Source of the DNA: a virus
Taxonomy: Duplodnaviria; Caudoviricetes
Direction: 5' to 3' (one strand)
Virus record (IMG/VR): IMGVR_UViG_3300044724_004577
Coordinates: 1-38,660 of that record
Length of the DNA: 38,660 nt
Shown here: one piece after another, positions 32,504 to 38,660 of the stretch
Layout: each line of letters begins with the position of its first letter
How positions within the stretch are numbered: the stretch's first letter is position 1
The notes under the pieces: model-generated
What the model saw: only the letters and a program-made list of their open reading frames with translations
Database searches by the model: none
What the model was told of the DNA's origin: nothing
Translations under genes and position numbers: made by a program

Positions 32504-35500
32504 TGGCTGATACATTAACCGCAGCAGACGATCTTGCTCTTGGGCCGCCTTACGTCTTTTCCGCAAACACTGATGCCGAAGCGGTACTCGCTCCAGAGAC
32601 TCCGGAAGTAGCCGCCCCTGATCCAACAAAATCTATTGATTTTTCTAAAGATGAAATTCAATTTGTTTACGAACAATTTGGAGAAGATGCGGGTCCGGTT
32701 CTTGCCGAAATGACGGCAAACTTTTTAAATCAAAATCCTGATTTTAAAGGTATGGCAGATTATAATCAAATAAAGCTGGGCACCGCTCCTATCTTAGACA
32801 TGATTGGTTTACCCGCAGATGCAAAAGGTTCGGGATTAGACGACGATCAAATTCTTAGAATGTTTAGTACGCTAAAGACTCTTGGAGAGGACGGAGCACC
32901 AACAGAGGTGGACGCTTTTCTTAGAGGTTTAACTCGCGGCGGTTTTAGCTTTGCCGCAGGTGTTGCCGGTGCAAAAACAGCCGCTACTTTGGCTCCCCCG
33001 TATATTCCACTTCCGGGTCCCTTCGCTCCACTGGGCGTTTTGTCAAAGCCCGCGTTTGGTCTCAAAGGGTTTATAGTGGGATCTATTGTTGGCGATGCTT
33101 TTTTAGGAACGCCAATAGCTGATCAACTTTTCAAGGGTTTAAATGAAGTAAATCTTACGCCTAAAGCAGAAGCTACTTTTAGAGCATATGAGTCCGCAGG
33201 TAATGTAGCTCCGTTTATTTTTATGCCGTTTACCGCACCAAAAGCAATGTTTAGCACCGTTTCCAGCTTGCGGTCGTTACCTCTAGCTAATCGGGTAACC
33301 GTCTTATCTGCCGATGATATGGCAAACCCTTTAATAACAAAGTATTTACAAGGAAAAGTTGCTGGAACGCCCACTACTCGTCAGTTTAACACGTTAAGAG
33401 ACAAGATTTTTAGAACAGCTAAAGAAGCCGGAGAAGACATCACCTTGTCGCAAGCGGCAAAACAGGCCGCTAAAGAGCTAAACCGTTCGGGCAGAATGGT
33501 TCGCGGAACGACTTCTGTTTTTGACTTTGCTGAAAAAGCACTTGTTAGCGGTGGGGCATCCTTTAGAGCTTTGAGCACTCCACAAAAAGCTGGTGTTTTA
33601 GCTCTAGAAACTTTAGCAGTTCCAGCCACAGGTGCCTTGGTCAACATACAAGAAACAGAATACCCCCGACAACCCGGAAAGAGAGTCCTTGCCGAAACTG
33701 TCGGCAGTTTGGCTCCCGCTGTATCTATTTTAAAGTTTGCTCCTTTAGCTTATAGCAAAAGTAAAAACTTCATTAATAGAATACGTGAAAACAAAGCTAT
33801 GGGGCGTCCTTTAGATATTGTGGGCACACAAGAACGAGCTAGAAACAGAGCTATAGACGACATATTTGAAATTTTTAACGACCATAATCTTAATCCAGAT
33901 GAGTATTTAGCGCAACTAGAGGCTCGTATGGTAGATCCTGTTTTAAAAGACGGGAAAATTGTTGGCTATGAATTAAAACCTGAGTTTAAACCTGCTCCGG
34001 GCGAGCCTAAAACAAGCATGTTTTCAGGCCAGTTTATTGAAAACCCCGCTATTGCTCAGTTAGAACAGACCGTTCTGGGACGCGGTGGCGCGGGTATGGG
34101 CGCTAAATTTGAAGCTGATTTTGTAAAAAGCATGGAGATGATGAAGGGTCAAATATTTGCGCTTCGCGGGTCTGGTGATCCGCAACTAATGAAAGTTGCG
34201 TCAGAAATGATGCAGGAAAGACTGTCTTTGTTAATAAACAAAAGAATGGATAACGCAATTAAAGCTACTGTTCAGTCTGTGCAAAAGATCTATCCAGATG
34301 GCGGTCCCGAAGCCAGTAAGCTTTTAGGTGAAAAATTAAGACAAGTGGTTCTTAACCAAAAGAAGCTTTTTCGTAAATTAGAAAGGAACGCATGGAGCAA
34401 GGTAAACCCTAGACAGGAAGTTCCAACATTTTACCGGGTGGATCAAGAAACAGGGGATTTTGTTGAAAACCCCGTCCCAAACTTTATTGAAGAGTGGGAC
34501 GCCATGTTAAGCGATATGGATGACTTAGATAAAACTTTATTAATGGCTGCGCCTAAGTTTAAAGAAATAAATGCCAGAATCCTTGAGTATAAACAGCAGC
34601 TAGGTTTGGACGCAACGGATGCCTTATCTGGAGCACTGCCCGCGGTTGCTAAATTTGATGAAGCTTTTCAAAATGCACAGGGCCTTGGTGCAAGAGACAG
34701 CTTTGTTAGACTTCTTCGGGACGCGGGAATTACGGATGAGGTGACTCCAGAAAACATTCAGTTGATTGGACAGCTAGAAACGAGACTTGGTCGTCAAAAA
34801 GGAAAAACTGTAGAGTTAATTAGACTTAAAAGAGAGTCTTTAATAGCGCAACTTGCCAATCAGCAAGGAGCACAAGCTACCGGAGTGGTATCCGAGCCTT
34901 TAACGCAGGGTAACTTGACTTCTTTATATAGCACGTTAAGAACAGCAGCCACAGAACAAGGGCCAACAAACTCTAATTTTGCAAGAATTGCCAATAATCT
35001 GGCAGAAGCTACTTTAGATGATTTAAACGGTGGGGCGATAGGCAATCCCGATTATGCTGCGGCAAGAGATATCTCTTATTCCTTCAACACTTATTTAAAA
35101 CGTGCTTTCGGCAACGACATAATTGGGAAAAACGCTCGTGGAAAAGATGTGGTAGATCAGGACCTGTTAACAAGCAAGTTAATGTCTGGTCAGCCCGATG
35201 CCGTAGCTTTAAAACTAGAACAGATTTCTGAGCTCGGGCAACAAATAAATAAATATGCTTCCGATTCAGGGTACGAAATTGTTACAAAAGCCGATGTCGC
35301 AGACTATACCGCAACGACCAACAAAGTTTTAGCGGATACTTTGCGATTAGCTTTACGAGAAATTGAGCTTCCCTTAGAAGCAAAAACCGGGAAAAGCGCG
35401 GCGGCTATTGCTGCGGCACAAAACGAGGCTATGCAACAGTTCCGAGCAAAAAACCCTAAGATTTTTGAAATCTTTCCGCAAATAGGACAAATGATGGACG

Positions 35501-37410
35501 AAGCGGGCGATGCCGGAAACTTTTTGGCTCGCCTAAAAGGTATACCCGGAGACGAAAACAAACTTGGCACAATAAAAAGATTGCAGAAAAAAGCGGCGCA
35601 ACAAGAAGCTTTTAAAAAATTAACTGGGGCCGAAAACCCGGAAAGAGCAATACTTAAAGCTATTAATTCGGAAAATCCTACAGACGAGCTTAATTCTTTA
35701 GTTGAATTAATAAAAGCTGGATCAGACCCTCGTAACTTACGACGGTTAATCAGAAACAAAGGTTTAAATATAAGCGCCGACGCTTTGAATTTAGATGCGG
35801 CCAAAGAGGGTGTTAGACATAGCGTGTTGTCTTTAGCTTTTTCCAAAGGCGGTCAGTACAGCGTAGAAGGTTTGAATGCTCGCGGCGCGTACAACATGCT
35901 CTTTGATAAATTACCGAATGCGGACCGTGAGGGCGAAACGGTTGCTCAGTGGATGATAAGCAATAACATAATGACGGAAAAAGAAGTATCCGGTTTAGAG
36001 CTAGGTCTGCGGACAATAATTAAATCCGAAGCAAAACAAGATGTTTCTAAAGCTCTTATTCAAGGAGAAACTCCGGCCCTTATAGATATGTACACAAGAA
36101 TTTTAGGGTCTAGGTTAGGTACGTCCGTAGGAAGATCCATGCCCGGAGGACGTTCCGGAGCCGCGGGTCTTATTGAAGCAGAAGCGGGTTCAAGGTATTT
36201 GCGCCAGTTGACACAAGAAATACCGGCTCTACAAGAGTACGACGCTTTAGAGAAAATATTGTTAAACCCCGAGCTTTTAGCGTTAGCTCTTCGTAAGCCT
36301 CGTTCTCCCGCTGAGAAACAAGGTATTATAAACATGCTCCTAGATAAACTAGGTACTTTTGGAATAGGTGTGGCTCCTGCGGTTGGACAAAGAGCTATTC
36401 CTCTGGGAGCACAGGAGTTTGTAGAGCCAGAAGTTTCTTCAGAACCCCCACCACCCGTAGGACCAGTTAGCTCCGTCACACCAACAGCTATGCCTGCACC
36501 ACCACCAGTTCCGGCGCAAAGAGTGGAACCTCCCACCGACACTCTTGCGTCGGCCACACCCGTGGCACCACCGCCCGCGGCCAGCGGCCCTGTAAGGGAG
36601 CAATACGCGGCTTTGTTTCCAAACGATATCGCGTCGGGGATGATCCGTCAGCAAGGAACTGCGCTTATGGCAGACGGCGGCGCGGTAAGACATTTGGCCG
36701 CGGGCGGCCGTGCTGACGGTCCCGGCAGCGATAACTTTGGTTCAGAGGCTTCCCAACACGGGAGTGGCGGCGGCAACGACGGCGGCAATGACGGCGGTGA
36801 CCAAAACCGGTCGATGACACCGGAAGAGCGGTATGCCGATAACGCCCGTCGTCTGGCTCAGACCTATATTGGTGATGACCAAAACCAGTCGATGACACCG
36901 GAGGAGCGGTATGCCGATAATTTTGCAAGATTGTCAGCTAACTTACCACAAAGCATCCCCTCAAATAGCTCGGTTTCTCTAACCGTCACCCCGCAAGAAA
37001 AAAGACAAGTTTTGTCTCAAGTAAACAAGGTGGCCCAGCAAAGCCTACAGCCTGACGCTGTAATAGACTTTCGGCAAAGGTTGGCAGCGGGGCAGTTTGA
37101 CCCTCAAAAGGCCGCACTTAACCCCGCACAAGCGCGAGCCGCCGCGGTTAACCCAACCTTAGCTGGTTTCGTCCAGCCGGGGGCAGGCATGGGAATAACG
37201 TCTTTGCCTTCAATTCAGACAAACACGAATATGGAACAGCCTACTGTTGCACCAGAGGCATCTTTTTCCGGCCTTCCTGTTGGAGAAGGAAAGTTGATGG
37301 GACAATATGATCCTGCGACGGGGAAGGTGGAACTTGTTTATACTCGTCAATACGCACGAGGCGGCGCAGTGAATCTTGGTATTGGAAATTTATTCCGAAG
37401 AAGAGTTTAG
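32503..37410 (+). CDS. Giant putative internal virion / ejection protein (1635 aa)
   Basis: TAATG coupling; last gene of the morphogenesis arm; largely helical with Gly/Ala hydrophobic stretches; Pro-rich linker then low-complexity tail. Confidence 0.8.
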   Translation: MADTLTAADDLALGPPYVFSANTDAEAVLAPETPEVAAPDPTKSIDFSKDEIQFVYEQFGEDAGPVLAEMTANFLNQNPDFKGMADYNQIKLGTAPILDMIGLPADAKGSGLDDDQILRMFSTLKTLGEDGAPTEVDAFLRGLTRGGFSFAAGVAGAKTAATLAPPYIPLPGPFAPLGVLSKPAFGLKGFIVGSIVGDAFLGTPIADQLFKGLNEVNLTPKAEATFRAYESAGNVAPFIFMPFTAPKAMFSTVSSLRSLPLANRVTVLSADDMANPLITKYLQGKVAGTPTTRQFNTLRDKIFRTAKEAGEDITLSQAAKQAAKELNRSGRMVRGTTSVFDFAEKALVSGGASFRALSTPQKAGVLALETLAVPATGALVNIQETEYPRQPGKRVLAETVGSLAPAVSILKFAPLAYSKSKNFINRIRENKAMGRPLDIVGTQERARNRAIDDIFEIFNDHNLNPDEYLAQLEARMVDPVLKDGKIVGYELKPEFKPAPGEPKTSMFSGQFIENPAIAQLEQTVLGRGGAGMGAKFEADFVKSMEMMKGQIFALRGSGDPQLMKVASEMMQERLSLLINKRMDNAIKATVQSVQKIYPDGGPEASKLLGEKLRQVVLNQKKLFRKLERNAWSKVNPRQEVPTFYRVDQETGDFVENPVPNFIEEWDAMLSDMDDLDKTLLMAAPKFKEINARILEYKQQLGLDATDALSGALPAVAKFDEAFQNAQGLGARDSFVRLLRDAGITDEVTPENIQLIGQLETRLGRQKGKTVELIRLKRESLIAQLANQQGAQATGVVSEPLTQGNLTSLYSTLRTAATEQGPTNSNFARIANNLAEATLDDLNGGAIGNPDYAAARDISYSFNTYLKRAFGNDIIGKNARGKDVVDQDLLTSKLMSGQPDAVALKLEQISELGQQINKYASDSGYEIVTKADVADYTATTNKVLADTLRLALREIELPLEAKTGKSAAAIAAAQNEAMQQFRAKNPKIFEIFPQIGQMMDEAGDAGNFLARLKGIPGDENKLGTIKRLQKKAAQQEAFKKLTGAENPERAILKAINSENPTDELNSLVELIKAGSDPRNLRRLIRNKGLNISADALNLDAAKEGVRHSVLSLAFSKGGQYSVEGLNARGAYNMLFDKLPNADREGETVAQWMISNNIMTEKEVSGLELGLRTIIKSEAKQDVSKALIQGETPALIDMYTRILGSRLGTSVGRSMPGGRSGAAGLIEAEAGSRYLRQLTQEIPALQEYDALEKILLNPELLALALRKPRSPAEKQGIINMLLDKLGTFGIGVAPAVGQRAIPLGAQEFVEPEVSSEPPPPVGPVSSVTPTAMPAPPPVPAQRVEPPTDTLASATPVAPPPAASGPVREQYAALFPNDIASGMIRQQGTALMADGGAVRHLAAGGRADGPGSDNFGSEASQHGSGGGNDGGNDGGDQNRSMTPEERYADNARRLAQTYIGDDQNQSMTPEERYADNFARLSANLPQSIPSNSSVSLTVTPQEKRQVLSQVNKVAQQSLQPDAVIDFRQRLAAGQFDPQKAALNPAQARAAAVNPTLAGFVQPGAGMGITSLPSIQTNTNMEQPTVAPEASFSGLPVGEGKLMGQYDPATGKVELVYTRQYARGGAVNLGIGNLFRRRV
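36799..36920 (+). repeat. 44-bp direct repeat, 78-bp period (DQN[RQ]SMTPEERYADN x2)
   Basis: 36799-36842 versus 36877-36920, 2 mismatches. Confidence 0.92.
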
Positions 37411-38660
37411 ACCAACCAGTCGCGGACTTCTTCGCCCAAAACTTTTCCCGCAAGATTGATCTTGCCGCGCAAAGCTTTCAAGATTTTCTCATCAATAGTT
37501 CTGGGTGACACTAAGTCTATATAAGTCACTTTATTTTCCTGACCTATCCGGTGGGCGCGGTCTTCGGACTGTAATCTTATTTCCAAATCATAGCTGTTGG
37601 AGTAATATATCATCGTGTTAGCCGCGGTCAGGGTGATCCCGTAGCCCCCTGTCCGCGGTTGACCGACAAAGAAACGAAGCGAGCTTTCTTTGTCCTGAAA
37701 CTTATTGACAATCTCTTGCCGCTCGTCTTGCGGCGTAGCTCCATAATAGGTTGCGACCGCTTCGGGCCCAAAGCGGTCGCGCAGGGCCGAAGATACCTGT
37801 TGGATGTCGTGTGTATACGTCGCCCAAATGATAGCTTTTCCCTGTAACTCATCTACTACTTCCATTAATTCTTTTAACCGGTTGTTTTCAAGCTCTTGGA
37901 TTTCACCTTCGTCAGGCTGTAAGAAACCGCAACATATTTGTTGCAGGCGCATGATCTGCGTCAAAACACTCGCGGTTGTTGCGAGCTCGCCGTTGTCCAG
38001 TTTTGCCAAAGCCAGCTTCTTCATCTGCGTGTAAACGCGCTTTTGTTCATCCGTCAGCGCCACGTCTCTTCTGATGTACATCTTATCGGGTAAGTCAAGA
38101 CAATGCTCTTTTAAAATGCGGTTACTAAAAGAGTCCAGCTTCAGGTTGAGTTCGTCCAACCGTCTGTAACCGACGATCTCCTGAAAAGCACGGGACCCCA
38201 TCGTGCGCTTTTGGACAAGCGCGTACCGGTTTTGAAAAGAATAGTAGCTGTTGAACCCTAAAGCGTCTGGAGACAAAAACGAGCATTGGCTAAATAAATC
38301 CATTGGGGACTTAGTAACAGGGGACCCCGTCAGAATGCGCTTGTACTTAGCGTCTTTTGCCAACATTAAAATGTTTTTAGTGCGCGTAGCTTTGCGGTTT
38401 TTAATCGTAGTGCTTTCGTCCACGATCATGATATTAGCTGGGTTTTTGCATAGAAAAGCATATGCGACTTGGGTGCCGCGCGGCGTTGACAACGCTTCAA
38501 TGTTCATAACAAATATTTTTATGCCGTCAAAATCGTCGTACACCAGCGCCTTCATGCTTTCCTGAAAAGTTTTTGAAGTAGATGGCGTCCACCGCACAAC
38601 ACTGCGCTTAATGTCATCAGGCAAGTGCGTAGGTATTTCCCCTTGAACCCAGTTGTCATA
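37407..38660 (-). CDS. SNF2-family (SF2) helicase, 5' end beyond the window
   Basis: IVDEST motif II, LTGSP motif III, GGYGITLT motif V, QSEDRAHRIGQ motif VI; frame stays open to the window edge (YDNWVQGEIPTHLP). Confidence 0.93.
   Translation of the reverse strand, partial: YDNWVQGEIPTHLPDDIKRSVVRWTPSTSKTFQESMKALVYDDFDGIKIFVMNIEALSTPRGTQVAYAFLCKNPANIMIVDESTTIKNRKATRTKNILMLAKDAKYKRILTGSPVTKSPMDLFSQCSFLSPDALGFNSYYSFQNRYALVQKRTMGSRAFQEIVGYRRLDELNLKLDSFSNRILKEHCLDLPDKMYIRRDVALTDEQKRVYTQMKKLALAKLDNGELATTASVLTQIMRLQQICCGFLQPDEGEIQELENNRLKELMEVVDELQGKAIIWATYTHDIQQVSSALRDRFGPEAVATYYGATPQDERQEIVNKFQDKESSLRFFVGQPRTGGYGITLTAANTMIYYSNSYDLEIRLQSEDRAHRIGQENKVTYIDLVSPRTIDEKILKALRGKINLAGKVLGEEVRDWLV

Noticed and set aside
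32503-36400. Virion RNA polymerase or lytic transglycosylase domain in the giant protein
   Set aside because: No DxDGD, T7-type polymerase or transglycosylase catalytic motifs were recognisable by eye; a profile search is needed to exclude them.
1-38660. tRNA, rRNA, integrase, transposase, intron/intein or diversity-generating retroelement
   Set aside because: Intergenic gaps are tiny, and I saw no cloverleaf, recombinase, reverse transcriptase or adenine-variable repeat pair; absence is by eye only.

Overview
This window is most of the packaging, lysis and morphogenesis arm of a tailed dsDNA phage. It looks podovirus-like: a long P22-style portal, adaptor/nozzle, fibres, very large putative ejection proteins and no tail tube or sheath. 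The gene style resembles uncultured marine phages, which is inference from recall rather than a search. On the + strand the order is: a non-coding region (7-bp tandem array, perfect parS palindrome, paired operator-like palindromes), terminase large subunit, two cargo-like genes (one an LPD23 zincin plus GNAT polyvalent protein), portal, membrane/holin genes, GH108 endolysin, GroES, scaffold, capsid genes, a cluster of small K/R-rich proteins, tail genes, and four putative internal virion proteins. A convergent SNF2-type helicase on the - strand runs off the window end. The most striking unexplained signal is a short peptide motif, roughly [M/F/Y]-[A/Q/N/K/R]-x-G-G-x-[V/I]. It occurs about 18 times in 7 otherwise unrelated non-shell proteins, often with a G-[I/V]-x-[S/N/A]-[L/F] companion, and one unannotated 45-aa ORF consists almost entirely of it. 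It is a candidate capsid-cargo addressing or processing tag. Other leads are the host-type parS site, a 10-bp motif ATGTATAGTA before three genes, a structured RNA leader, an ALK/LTK-like glycine-rich adhesin and several microproteins missed by the ORF track. All functional calls come from motifs read by eye and gene order; no searches were run.
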